A stretch of 64,000 nucleotides of DNA from Spirochaetales bacterium (GTDB taxonomy: Bacteria; Spirochaetota; Spirochaetia; JABEVK01). Both the position numbers and the translations under genes were made by a program. This document shows, piece by piece, positions 18,448 through 28,189 of the stretch (positions are counted from its first letter, which is position 1; the number at the start of each line of letters is the position of its first letter). Where the stretch lies: NCBI GenBank assembly GCA_947478845.1, contig CANJXC010000003.1:177659-241658 (forward strand), read 5' to 3'. The notes beneath the pieces are model-generated. The model did no database searches. It saw only the letters and a list, made by a program, of their open reading frames with translations, and was not told where the DNA came from.

Positions 18448-19160
18448 TTCTTGGCCCCGGGTCTCCGTAGTAGCAAGTGCAGAACCAGCCCCCCAAAGAG
18501 CAGCCCAGAAAGAGCATAGGGCAGAAACCCCCAAGCGTTGTTGGTGATCTTGAACACCGGTGCCATTTGTCCGTCCACCGTTTGCACCGAACTCTGGTAA
18601 ATGGTGAACCCCTGAAATCTCAGCGGGAGGTTCATCTGGATGCGAGCTCTCTGGTCGATTCCCCCACCGGTGAGACGCACGTCGCTGATGTAGTCTGAGG
18701 GCTCGTTGCTGGCAGGGTACTTGGGTAAGCTGAAGGCCTCAACACTCAGGGTAAACGGTAGCCCCCGTGTAACCTCCTGAGGCGCATCCTTGACGAAGGC
18801 CACCTTCGAAGAAGCCCCCACCGGCAGACCAAGCAGGAGCTCCTCCTGCACCACCGCGAAACCGAACCCGGCGAGGCAGAACAAAATGAGAGCCAAATGG
18901 ATAATCCAAAGCCCTGCGGTCTGCCAAGTGCGTTTCAGATTTTTCCAAGCCCCGAGGCTCAGGTTGATGGCTGTGAGGCCCAGCCAAAAAGGAAGCCCAG
19001 GAAGCGGAACTCCCTGGGCCCAGAAGAAGACTTGCGAGAAAGCCGTAGTTTGTACCGCGGTAGCGCCCCAGAGGGATTGCGCCAGCGTTCCCCCCAGCAA
19101 TTCAAGGAAAAGCAAGGCCAGCAGGACAACGCTGACCTTTGACGAACCAAAACGGAACAA
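18444..19160 (-). CDS. Short ResB/Ccs1-like cytochrome c biogenesis membrane protein (238 aa)
   Basis: Four TM helices with His residues in TMs (IIHLAL, LVLHLL), positioned immediately upstream of ccsA; much shorter than typical ResB. Confidence 0.5.
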   Translation of the reverse strand: MFRFGSSKVSVVLLALLFLELLGGTLAQSLWGATAVQTTAFSQVFFWAQGVPLPGLPFWLGLTAINLSLGAWKNLKRTWQTAGLWIIHLALILFCLAGFGFAVVQEELLLGLPVGASSKVAFVKDAPQEVTRGLPFTLSVEAFSLPKYPASNEPSDYISDVRLTGGGIDQRARIQMNLPLRFQGFTIYQSSVQTVDGQMAPVFKITNNAWGFLPYALSGLLFGGLVLHLLLRRPGAKK

Positions 19161-19168
19161 ACTTGACG

Positions 19169-20203
19169 CTACTTGCTCACCTTGATTTCGTCGTAGGCGG
19201 CATCGTAGAGCTTCAGGTTTTCGCCCACATCACCACGGACTTCACTTTTTTTCGACAGCGAGGCCACGTCATAGCGGGGAGCTGCTTTGCGCAAAGACAT
19301 GGTTTTGGGATACAGGCCCCCTGAGTAGCCGTACTCATCGTAGATCTTGGCCAGATTCTCAGGCTTGAGGATGAAGTTAATGAAGGTATAAGCATTGTCG
19401 ACGTTTTTCGCAGACTTGAGAACCGCCATCACGTCGAGGAACATTACTCCCCCTTCTTTGGGGAAGAAGATCCCCACGTTGGCCTTGTCGGCCTCCTCCA
19501 ACTCGGCAAATTGGTTTTCGGGATAGTTCAGCGCCACCCAGATTTCCTTTTTGGCAAAGGCCGACTTGATCAGGTCATTGTCGAACTTGACGATGTTCTT
19601 CTTCCAACCGATGACGGTGGTTTTGGCCTTGGTAATTTCGTCAGCACTGGTAGAATTGGCAGAGAAACCGTTGAACTTAAGGCCTGCACCGAGAATCTCA
19701 CGGGGGTCGTCCATGAGCATGATGCGGTTGGCGTAGGCCGTGTTGTCAAGAATTGACCACGATGAACTTGCGTCGTCTACGGTGACTTTGTCTTTCCAGT
19801 ACACAATAGCCGACGAACCAATGTTGTAGGGAATGCTGAAATCGTCCTTCGGGTCCCAGGTATTCTTGGAGGCCAAGCCAGGCTCAAGGTTGGCGAGTTC
19901 AGGAATCTTGGTCGTGTCGAGTTTAAGCAGCATGTCTTTCTGAATCATGCGGGGTACGAAATCGGTGGACGGAAACACCACATCGTAGTTTGCACCACCG
20001 AGCAGTTTGGCGTACATGTCCTCGTTGCTTCCGTAGGTGTCGTATACGACCTTGATTCCCGTCTGGGCTTGGAAATCCGTGAGCACCGACTCGGGAATGT
20101 AATCTTGCCAGTTGAACACCGACAGGTCTTTCGAGATGCTCTTGGGAGCACATCCAGACAGGATCAATAGGAGCGTGATCAGGACGAAAAGGCTTTTCTT
20201 CAT
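19169..20203 (-). CDS. potD: Spermidine/putrescine ABC transporter substrate-binding lipoprotein
   Basis: Lipoprotein signal MKKSLFVLITLLLILSGC; PotD/PotF-type SBP fold motifs; downstream of potABC. Confidence 0.85.
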   Translation of the reverse strand: MKKSLFVLITLLLILSGCAPKSISKDLSVFNWQDYIPESVLTDFQAQTGIKVVYDTYGSNEDMYAKLLGGANYDVVFPSTDFVPRMIQKDMLLKLDTTKIPELANLEPGLASKNTWDPKDDFSIPYNIGSSAIVYWKDKVTVDDASSSWSILDNTAYANRIMLMDDPREILGAGLKFNGFSANSTSADEITKAKTTVIGWKKNIVKFDNDLIKSAFAKKEIWVALNYPENQFAELEEADKANVGIFFPKEGGVMFLDVMAVLKSAKNVDNAYTFINFILKPENLAKIYDEYGYSGGLYPKTMSLRKAAPRYDVASLSKKSEVRGDVGENLKLYDAAYDEIKVSK

Positions 20204-20253
20204 CGGGCAATCCTTGAAACAGGAACTTGAAACCGGCAACGCCGGGATCGAAA

Positions 20254-21033
20254 TTAGGAACGCTGAACGAAATACTTAATGGAACGGCGGGCTAGGAACA
20301 GGATCAACACCGTAACCCCAACGAGCACCACCGAAAAGGCGTTGATCTCGGGCGGCAACTTCCGCTTGATCTGATTGTAGATGAAGATGGGCAAGGTGTC
20401 CGAACCTGAGCCAGTGACAAAGAAGGTCACTACGAAATCTTCCAACGACAAGGTGAACGCCGTGATGAAGCCCGCGAGGATGCCCGGCACAGAAATGGGC
20501 AAAATCACCTTGGTCAGAGTCTGGTTCTCATTGGCCCCCAGGTCGCGCGCGGCCTCGATAATGGAATAATCAAACTCGCCGAGACGCGCCATCACCATGA
20601 GCAAGACAAAAGGAATAGTGAACGAAATGTGCGCCAGAATGATGGTGAATAGGTTCAGCTCCAACCCCAGCATACGGAAAAAGATCAGGAGCGACACGCC
20701 GATGATGATTTCCGGAAGAATCAGCGGCAGGAAACTCATGGCGCGCACGTAGGTCTTGGCCTTGAACCGGTACCAATTGATGGCAATAGCTCCCAGGGTT
20801 CCTATCACCGTCGCCACTGTAGAGGCGGTGAAAGCCACAATAAGGGTATTGCTTACGGCCATCCACAGGCGTGGTTGGTTGGTGAAAAGGCTTTCGTACC
20901 AACGCCAGGAAAAGCCCTTCCACACCATGGTGCGACCATCGTTGAACGAAAAAATCATGAGGACAACGAGGGGCAGGAACAAAAAAGCGATGGTTGTCCA
21001 GAAAATCGAGCGAGAAAGCGTCGGCTTGGTCAC
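20254..21033 (-). CDS. potC: Spermidine/putrescine ABC transporter permease
   Basis: Six TM helices; EAA-loop (IEAARDLGA); 4-nt overlap with potB. Confidence 0.85.
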   Translation of the reverse strand: MTKPTLSRSIFWTTIAFLFLPLVVLMIFSFNDGRTMVWKGFSWRWYESLFTNQPRLWMAVSNTLIVAFTASTVATVIGTLGAIAINWYRFKAKTYVRAMSFLPLILPEIIIGVSLLIFFRMLGLELNLFTIILAHISFTIPFVLLMVMARLGEFDYSIIEAARDLGANENQTLTKVILPISVPGILAGFITAFTLSLEDFVVTFFVTGSGSDTLPIFIYNQIKRKLPPEINAFSVVLVGVTVLILFLARRSIKYFVQRS

Positions 21034-21911
21034 AATTCATCCTCTGCTATCACAACTTGGTGCTGCTGTTCCTGCCGATTATTGTACACGGTATACACCA
21101 CCAGGCCGGCCGCCGAAAGCAGGAGGATGAGCACCGAAAGAGAGCAGGCCATCGGGTAGTCACCGGTGAACTTGAGCTTGCTGGTGATGAGCTGGCCTAG
21201 CATGAAGACATTGGAGTTTCCCATCACGTCGGGAACCGCAAAAGTCCCGAAGATGGGGATAAAGGTGAACAAGACAGCCGTGACCAGTCCGCCGCGAATA
21301 TTGGGCAACAGCACCGACCACAACGACCGGTTGTGGCTGGCCCCCAGGTCGCGGGCCGCTTCCAGCAGGCCGAAGTCGAACTTCTCAATGGTAGTGAACA
21401 GCGGCAGAATGGCAAACGGCAGGTTGGTGTACACCAATACCACCAGCACTGCGTAATCGTTGAACAAGAACTGTATAGGCTCCTTCAGGACCCCCATCGC
21501 GAGTAATGACTCGTTCAAGATGCCCGACTGACCCAAAATGGCCACCCAAGCGTAGATGCGGATCATGAAATTGACCCAGAAGGGAATGATCACCAAAAAC
21601 AGCAGCAAAGTGTTGTTCTTGCTGCGCGCGATGTAGTAGGCGCAGGGAAGGGCGATCAGGATGGTGAGGAGGGTCGCCGACACCGCCATGATGAGGGTGT
21701 ACCCAACAATGTCGAGATAGATGAAGCTCCCGCTGGCGGTCTGCCTAAAAATCTCGGCGTAGGCGGAGAGGTCAAACTCCCACCGCACCCCGCCCCCGGT
21801 CTCACGGGCCAAAAAACTGTAAACGAAAACGATCAGCATGGGGACCAGGAAGAAGAGGCTGATCCAGGTGGTCAGGGGGAGCGAATACAGGGAGCCTGAC
21901 CGGCTTTTCAT
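21030..21911 (-). CDS. potB: Spermidine/putrescine ABC transporter permease
   Basis: TM permease with EAA-like loop (LEAARDLGAS); 4-nt overlaps on both sides. Confidence 0.85.
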   Translation of the reverse strand: MKSRSGSLYSLPLTTWISLFFLVPMLIVFVYSFLARETGGGVRWEFDLSAYAEIFRQTASGSFIYLDIVGYTLIMAVSATLLTILIALPCAYYIARSKNNTLLLFLVIIPFWVNFMIRIYAWVAILGQSGILNESLLAMGVLKEPIQFLFNDYAVLVVLVYTNLPFAILPLFTTIEKFDFGLLEAARDLGASHNRSLWSVLLPNIRGGLVTAVLFTFIPIFGTFAVPDVMGNSNVFMLGQLITSKLKFTGDYPMACSLSVLILLLSAAGLVVYTVYNNRQEQQHQVVIAEDEL

Positions 21912-23011
21912 ATCAACTCCACGATGTAGCCGTCGTCGGCGTCCCAGTTGAGGTACACCTCATCGGTCCAGCGGATGGCGGGGCCACGCTCCAAGTAACT
22001 CTCGTGTTGTTGGTACACTTTGAACTGCGGGCTCTCGTCGGTTTCGACGTAAAACTGGCTCTGGAAGCCGGAGTAGACGGTCTCGGAAACTTTACCGTGG
22101 AAGATGTTGAAGTCTTCGGGCAGGCCCAACGGCTTTTCTTTGGTGATGTCGATCTTCTCCGGGCGGATGGCGTGTCTTACCCGGTGGCCCACCTCAAAAT
22201 ACCGGTCGCTGGTCACCATGATGGGTCCCAACGAGTCGGTGTCAATGGTGTAACGGTTGTCAACGTGGGCGGTGATTACCCCGTCCATGACGTTGGTTTC
22301 GCCGATGAACTTGGCCACAAAGGTGTCGGCTGGAGCTTCGTAGATCTCGAACGGGGTGCCAATTTGCAGCACCCGGCCTTCATTCATCACAGCGATACGG
22401 TCGGAAACTGAAAGGGCCTCAGACTGGTCGTGGGTCACATAGATGAAGGTGATTCCTATTTTGTCGTGAATCAGGTCGAGGTCAACGAGCAGTTGATGGC
22501 GGAGTTTAGCGTCAAGAGCCGAAAGGGGTTCGTCGAGCAGGAGCACCGAGGGCTCGTTGATGAGGGCCCTGGCGATGGCTACCCGTTGCTTCTGCCCTCC
22601 CGACAACTGGTTGGGCTTCTTGTTTTCGTGCCCCACCAGATGCACCAACTGCAGGTAATGGGTGACCTTTTCTTGGATATCCGCCTTGAGAAGCTTCTTC
22701 AGTCGAAGGGGGAAGGCGATATTTTCAAAAACCGTCAGGTGCGGAAAAAGCGCGTAGTTCTGGAAAACCGTGTTGACGTGACGCTCGTTGGGGGCTAAAG
22801 GAAGCACATCGGTCGTATCGAGGAAAACCGACCCGCTCGAGGGGTCTTCAAAGCCAGCGATAATCCGCAGGAGCGTTGTCTTTCCACAGCCAGAGGGGCC
22901 CAAGAGCGAGAAAAACTCCCCCTTGCCGATGGTCAGGCTCACGTTTTTTAAGGCATGAAAATCCCCAAACTTCTTGTCAGCGTTTTCGACACGGACTTCG
23001 CTACCTTTCAT
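21908..23011 (-). CDS. potA: Spermidine/putrescine ABC transporter ATP-binding protein
   Basis: Walker A GPSGCGKTT; LSGGQKQRVAIARAL signature; C-terminal TOBE domain. Confidence 0.9.
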   Translation of the reverse strand: MKGSEVRVENADKKFGDFHALKNVSLTIGKGEFFSLLGPSGCGKTTLLRIIAGFEDPSSGSVFLDTTDVLPLAPNERHVNTVFQNYALFPHLTVFENIAFPLRLKKLLKADIQEKVTHYLQLVHLVGHENKKPNQLSGGQKQRVAIARALINEPSVLLLDEPLSALDAKLRHQLLVDLDLIHDKIGITFIYVTHDQSEALSVSDRIAVMNEGRVLQIGTPFEIYEAPADTFVAKFIGETNVMDGVITAHVDNRYTIDTDSLGPIMVTSDRYFEVGHRVRHAIRPEKIDITKEKPLGLPEDFNIFHGKVSETVYSGFQSQFYVETDESPQFKVYQQHESYLERGPAIRWTDEVYLNWDADDGYIVELI

Positions 23012-23127
23012 TTGGGAAATGTGAGGTCAAACGCCGCCAAGTGTCAAGAAGAAGTCCTTCCATGGGCAGAAAAAAGCCACGGGAGTCCGTCGTCCGCTTG
23101 GACATTTTAGAGGCTGCGGTTCCCACC

Positions 23128-24312
23128 TCAAACCGACAGCGCCTGCAGAATATCTCTAAGGACGTCTTGGGGATGTTCCAGCCCCACCGAAATCCGGACA
23201 AGTCCGGGTGTGATTCTCACCGCCAGTCGTTCGGCTTCCGAGAGCTTGGAATGGGTGGTCGAGGCGGGGTGTGTCGCGGTGCTCCGGCTGTCGCCTAGGT
23301 TGGCAGTGAGGCTGAGCATCTCGAGGTGGTCGAGGAACTTGCGCCCCGCTTCGAGTCCTCCCTTAAGTTCCAATGTCAACATTCCGCCTCCACGACGCAT
23401 CTGTCGCTTGGCCAGAGCCACTTGCGGATGACTGGCCAGAAAGGGGTATGTCAACGCTGCGAGAGCCTTGTGATTCTTCAACTCGTTGGCGAGGAACTCG
23501 GCGTTGTCGCAGTGGCGGTCCATGCGCACGGCCAGAGTTTCCAGGCTTTTGGAAAACAACCAACCGTTGAAGGGGGAAAGAGCAGGTCCAGTTTGCCGCA
23601 CAAAAAAACGGATCTTCTCAATCAAAGCGGCGCTTCCCAAGATGACCCCACCCAAGCCCCGGCCTTGGCCGTCGATGTACTTGGTGGCTGTGTGCACGAC
23701 CAAACTGGCACCCAGTTTTAGAGGATTCTGGAGGTAAGGCGTGGCGAACCCGTTGTCTACCACGAGGATCAAGTTTTTCTCTCGGCACAACTGAGACAGG
23801 AACTCAAGATCGACCAAATCGAGGCCCGGGTTTGTGGGGGTTTCCACGTAGACGAGCCTAGTGGCGGGGGTAACGAGTTTTTCCCAGCTCTCGGGAGCAA
23901 GTAAATCGAAGAAGGTCGTGGTGATGCCGAAACGGGGTAGAATTGTGGAAAAAAGTTGATAGGTGGAGCCAAACAGCGACCTGCCAGCCAGAATATGATC
24001 GCCTGCCGACAAGGTGCCTGCCAGAGCGCCGTAAACGGCGGCCATGCCGCTGGCGGTGGCCACCCCGTCCTCGGCCCCTTCCAAGACGACCATCTTATCA
24101 ACAAACTCATCGTTGGACGGGTTGTCGTAGCGGCTGTAAATCAGCCCCGCTTTTTCGTTGGCAAAAATGGCTCGGGCGTCCTCGGCATCATCAAACAAGT
24201 AACTCGAGGTCATGTAGATGGGAGCGGCGTGTTCGCGGTGAGGAGAGCGTTCCGATTGCGTGCGAATGGCCTGAGTCTCAAAATTGTCGGAAGGGTAAGG
24301 ATTCTTATGCAT
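23128..24312 (-). CDS. Cys/Met-metabolism PLP-dependent enzyme (O-acetyl/succinyl-homoserine sulfhydrylase or cystathionine gamma-synthase type)
   Basis: 394 aa; family motifs (YSRYDNPS; TKYIDGQG with the PLP lysine). Confidence 0.8.
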   Translation of the reverse strand: MHKNPYPSDNFETQAIRTQSERSPHREHAAPIYMTSSYLFDDAEDARAIFANEKAGLIYSRYDNPSNDEFVDKMVVLEGAEDGVATASGMAAVYGALAGTLSAGDHILAGRSLFGSTYQLFSTILPRFGITTTFFDLLAPESWEKLVTPATRLVYVETPTNPGLDLVDLEFLSQLCREKNLILVVDNGFATPYLQNPLKLGASLVVHTATKYIDGQGRGLGGVILGSAALIEKIRFFVRQTGPALSPFNGWLFSKSLETLAVRMDRHCDNAEFLANELKNHKALAALTYPFLASHPQVALAKRQMRRGGGMLTLELKGGLEAGRKFLDHLEMLSLTANLGDSRSTATHPASTTHSKLSEAERLAVRITPGLVRISVGLEHPQDVLRDILQALSV

Positions 24313-24724
24313 GCTTCACCTCCCAGCTGAAGGTGATCTTGGCTGTCGCTTCGAGGGTTTTTGCCACTGAGCAATACTTTTCCATCGACCGTTTCACGGC
24401 AAACTCGGCCTTGCTGTCTTCGATGGCGCCGGTAAGCAAAAAATGCACATGGATGGTTTCGAAAAGGGAGGGCTCCACCCCAGGGGTCCGGTGCCCCTCG
24501 ATGTTCACTTCAATATCGTCGAGTTTCTGCTTGCTCCGTTCGAGTATGGTGACAACGTCGATGGAAGCGCAGCCGCCGAGGGCGCCAAGCAGAGTCTGCA
24601 TGGGCCGAAAACCGCGACCGGTACCGCCGATGTCGGGGCTGGCGTCCAAAGTGAGGGTGTTGCCCTCCTCGTTGGAGGCCTGCAGAAAATAGGGCGCTTC
24701 GAGCCGCTTCACCGTGATCTTCAT
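24305..24724 (-). CDS. OsmC/Ohr-family peroxiredoxin-like protein
   Basis: 139 aa from the internal ATG (MKITVKRLEAPYF); paired Cys residues (GGCASID; KYCSVA); 8-nt overlap with the downstream gene. Confidence 0.7.
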   Translation of the reverse strand: MKITVKRLEAPYFLQASNEEGNTLTLDASPDIGGTGRGFRPMQTLLGALGGCASIDVVTILERSKQKLDDIEVNIEGHRTPGVEPSLFETIHVHFLLTGAIEDSKAEFAVKRSMEKYCSVAKTLEATAKITFSWEVKHA

Positions 24725-24729
24725 GATAC

Positions 24730-25989
24730 CTACACTAGCCGGAAATCCGTGGGTTTCGCAATCGTACCTGCCACCCAGCCGGTAGACCAGCAAAGTTGCA
24801 GGCTGAAGCCGCCTGAGGGTCGATTGATATCCAAAAGATCACCGGTGACAAACAAGTTCTTGAGTCGCTTGCTCTCCATGGTACGGAAATCGACTTCGTC
24901 GAGGTGCAGGCCTCCTGAACTGACAACGGCCCGGGACTCGTCCATCAGGCTCTTGAAGGTGAGTGGGAACTCCTGAAGGTTCTTGCGCACCGCCTGCCGT
25001 TCTTCGCGGGTCAACTGATTGAGGGGCTTTTCCGGGTCTGCCTTTGACGCCTCGATCACCTTGGCCATCAACCGCGGAGGCGCCATTCCTGCCAGACCAT
25101 TCTTAAGTTTTTTTCCAGGTGCCGAGGCAATCCGCTCCTGCAGGTCGCGGTCGAGTTCCTCGGCGGTGAGCTCGGGACGGAAGTTCAGCCGCAACTCAAG
25201 TTCCCCTTGGCGCGAAGTCTTTTGACGAAGACTCGAGAGCTCGGAAGCCATGTTGAGCACCAAGGGCCCCGAAAGTCCAAAGTGTGTGATCAGGAACTTT
25301 CCATTCCGTGCCAAATGCTTCTCTCCCGCCACCCAAGCCTCAAGGCGGCCTTGAGCGAAGCTCAGCCCTTGCAGTTCACCAATCCACCGTTCTTTCACTG
25401 CGACAGGTACCAGCGAAGGCTCGGGAAATCTCACCCGATGTCCGAGTTCGCTCAACCATCCAAAACCATCTCCGGTGGAGCCTGTTTCCGGGTGGGAGGT
25501 GCCTCCCGTAGCCAAAACGATCCTGTCTCCCTTGAGCAATCTGCCACCGACAAGGACTCCCGCGATTCGGCCCTCGGACGCCTGAAGACCGGTAACTTGG
25601 GCGGACAACTGGACGGTGACTTTTTGCCGCTTAAGCTCGTCAACCAGCACGCGGAGCACCGACTCGGCCCGGTTGTCCGCCGGAAAGGCCCGCTGATTGT
25701 CTTCTATGTGGTAGGGCATGCCTCGGCTGGCAAACCATTGGAGGCAGTGCTGGGAATCAAACTTGGTGAACGGAGACAAAAGCGCTCGGAATGCCTCCCC
25801 GTAAAGGGAAGCTAGGGTGCGAACATCGGCCTCGGCGTTGGTGAAATTGCAGCGTCCACCCCCGGAGATGCGCAGTTTTTCGCCCAGCGCCGCATTTTTC
25901 TCCAACAAAGTGACCCTGGCCCCGCACTCAGCCGAGCGGAGCGCGGCCATCATGCCGGCGGGTCCCCCGCCAACGACAATCACGTGCAT
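24730..25989 (-). CDS. HI0933-like NAD(P)/FAD-binding flavoprotein (aminoacetone oxidase family)
   Basis: N-terminal GGGPAG dinucleotide motif; SGGGRCNFTN signature. Confidence 0.8.
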   Translation of the reverse strand: MHVIVVGGGPAGMMAALRSAECGARVTLLEKNAALGEKLRISGGGRCNFTNAEADVRTLASLYGEAFRALLSPFTKFDSQHCLQWFASRGMPYHIEDNQRAFPADNRAESVLRVLVDELKRQKVTVQLSAQVTGLQASEGRIAGVLVGGRLLKGDRIVLATGGTSHPETGSTGDGFGWLSELGHRVRFPEPSLVPVAVKERWIGELQGLSFAQGRLEAWVAGEKHLARNGKFLITHFGLSGPLVLNMASELSSLRQKTSRQGELELRLNFRPELTAEELDRDLQERIASAPGKKLKNGLAGMAPPRLMAKVIEASKADPEKPLNQLTREERQAVRKNLQEFPLTFKSLMDESRAVVSSGGLHLDEVDFRTMESKRLKNLFVTGDLLDINRPSGGFSLQLCWSTGWVAGTIAKPTDFRLV

Positions 25990-26050
25990 GACAAGAGTCT
26001 AGCCGATTGACGAGCTTGAAAAAAGGCGGGGTGGGGACTAGGGTGAAGGT

Positions 26051-27376
26051 ATGGATCTCAATCAACTGCACCGTGAAACCTTGCTCCCCCTCGATACCGT
26101 AAAGGGTCGGTGGAAAACCCTGGGCTCCCTTTCGCCCGCCGCGCGCAGGGTGCTCGACTCCGGTGCTCTAGCCGCCGCCTGGAAAGTCACCCCTCAGGAC
26201 GCCCTCAGCTTCCTTTGGAGTTGTGCGGCACTCGGCGGTATCAACGTGCGGTGGCAAACGGTGGCCCCCAAGTCGGGTTGGGTAACTCAGGAGTCTTCCA
26301 CTCCCCAAACTTCTTCGGGGCGTGTAGTTCTTTCCTTTGGTGACGACGAGTACTCTGGCTCCTGGGAGGCCTATGCCGACCTCCGTCAGGTTAACGCCAA
26401 GCCCCGAGCCCCCTCCTGGTTCAAGACTCTTCAACCCGGCGAAGTTGGCCGCCTTGATATTGAGGTTGTGGAAGGCGAAAGCTACGAGGTGATCTGCCTC
26501 GAAAACGGCGCTTCGATGACCCTAACCGTCGATACGGCCAAGATCACCGGTGGTCGCAGTTTCATAGGAAAAATGAAGCAATATCGGGCACAAAAGTTTT
26601 TGCTTGGCCTCCAAGGGCGAGTTATCGACCTGCGAGTGACCAGCGAGGGTTTTGAGAGCGAGCAGGCCCTCATCGCCCCTGGTAACCTCGTGTATTGGCT
26701 CGAAAACCTCACCGATGGTCCGGTAGCCGTGCAGATCTGGAAGGCCGCAGTTCCGAAGTTGGCGGTTGTTTCTTGGCACGACGAGTTGAAGCAGAGCGTT
26801 GGTTTGGTGGGATTCCGGCGCTACTGGTCAACCTTGAAACTCGCAAATGGCTTCCAGCGACCCGTCGACGGGGTGTGCTTACTCACTTTGGATTTCACGA
26901 GTACGGGGAGCTTTTCCAGCGGCGATGATGCGCAGTTGTACGCCGAACTGGAAGCGTTGTCGCTGGCGTTGACGGTGATCATAGAAAAACACTCGGGTTC
27001 CCTGGTGGCACGTTTCGGGTTGACCTTGACCGCTGCTCTTCCTTCCGCTCTCCATGCCTTGGAAGTCGCGGTGGCAGCCCGGCGGGGCAAGGGCAATCTG
27101 GTACCCTGCCTCACCCTTTCTGCCGGCAGGGTTCTCCTGACCGACTTCCAGGGCGTTCCCTCGCTTTTCGGAGCCCCGTTGCACAGGGCACGGCTGCTCG
27201 AAGCAAAGGGCGAAACCGGCGAACTTTGGCTCGCTGAGGGCTTTCACCAACTCGAAGGTGTATCAGAGCGCTTGATCGAGTTGGGATTAGCCGGTGAAAG
27301 TCAGATGGTGCGGCTGGGTACTGGCCAGGAAACTCAAGCCTACCGGATTGCGTCGTCGGGAACTTCCCCGGCCTGA
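26051..27376 (+). CDS. Hypothetical protein with a C-terminal class III nucleotidyl cyclase-homology domain, apparently catalytically degenerate
   Basis: C-terminal about 170 aa align to the CHD pattern (LLTLDFTSTGSF / IIEKHSGSLVARFGLTLTAAL / GAPLHRARLLEAKGETGELWLAEGF); second metal-binding Asp and Asn of the catalytic motifs replaced. Confidence 0.5.
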   Translation: MDLNQLHRETLLPLDTVKGRWKTLGSLSPAARRVLDSGALAAAWKVTPQDALSFLWSCAALGGINVRWQTVAPKSGWVTQESSTPQTSSGRVVLSFGDDEYSGSWEAYADLRQVNAKPRAPSWFKTLQPGEVGRLDIEVVEGESYEVICLENGASMTLTVDTAKITGGRSFIGKMKQYRAQKFLLGLQGRVIDLRVTSEGFESEQALIAPGNLVYWLENLTDGPVAVQIWKAAVPKLAVVSWHDELKQSVGLVGFRRYWSTLKLANGFQRPVDGVCLLTLDFTSTGSFSSGDDAQLYAELEALSLALTVIIEKHSGSLVARFGLTLTAALPSALHALEVAVAARRGKGNLVPCLTLSAGRVLLTDFQGVPSLFGAPLHRARLLEAKGETGELWLAEGFHQLEGVSERLIELGLAGESQMVRLGTGQETQAYRIASSGTSPA

Positions 27377-28185
27377 TACCGCTTCAGAAAAGTGTCGTAA
27401 GCCTTCATTAAAGTTCTCACCACAGGGGAAAGGGCCACGGGTTTGTCGTCGATGAGAGCTAAAGGCATCACCTTGGTAGAAGTTGATGTTAAAAAAACGC
27501 CCGACCAGTGAGAAAGTTCCAAGGCGGGTAGTGGCCTTTCCAGTAGCTCAATGCCCATTTCACGAATCACGTGTTGCACCGTCAACTTCGTTACCCCTTC
27601 GAGCACCTCGGAGGCAGGTGGGGTAAAGATGCGGTGGCCGTCGGTAACAAAAAGGTTGGTGCGGGTCCCTTCGGTGGCTTCCCCTCGGCGGTTCACTAAA
27701 AGCGCATCGTAGGAGCCCCTATTTTTGGCTTCCCGGTAAGCGAGGAAGCTGGTCAGCATGTTGAGGCTTTTGGCCTGAGGGTATAAACGTTCACCTTCCC
27801 AAGTGATGGCGGACCCTCCCTGACTGTAATTTTTGCGGTCGGGGAACAGCGGGTTGAGGCACATGAGGTAAAGCCGGGCCTCGCTTGTGGTGTTTCCCCC
27901 GATCAGAAGAGCCTTCAAGTTGGCATCGCTCACGCCATTGGCGGCCACGAGAGCCTGCACAAAGCGGGCAAAATCTCCCGTCTTCCAGGGGTGTTCTAAA
28001 TGCAGTATCGCTGCACTATGCCATAACCGCTGCTCGTGTAAGGGCGCAAAGTGCACCACTCCCGCCCGCACCTTCAAGGTTTCGTACACGCCAAACCCGT
28101 AGGCAAACGCGAGGTCGTCGGCCCCAATTGTTGCCTCCCCGAGGGGTTTCAGCTCACCATTGAGGGAAAACCAGGGCCCATTCAC
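27340..28185 (-). CDS. Class IV PLP aminotransferase (branched-chain/D-amino acid aminotransferase or aminodeoxychorismate lyase type)
   Basis: 281 aa; fold-type IV motifs (FGVYETLKV, EATEGTRTNLF); GTG start. Confidence 0.7.
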   Translation of the reverse strand: MNGPWFSLNGELKPLGEATIGADDLAFAYGFGVYETLKVRAGVVHFAPLHEQRLWHSAAILHLEHPWKTGDFARFVQALVAANGVSDANLKALLIGGNTTSEARLYLMCLNPLFPDRKNYSQGGSAITWEGERLYPQAKSLNMLTSFLAYREAKNRGSYDALLVNRRGEATEGTRTNLFVTDGHRIFTPPASEVLEGVTKLTVQHVIREMGIELLERPLPALELSHWSGVFLTSTSTKVMPLALIDDKPVALSPVVRTLMKAYDTFLKRYQAGEVPDDAIR

Positions 28186-28189
28186 CTGG

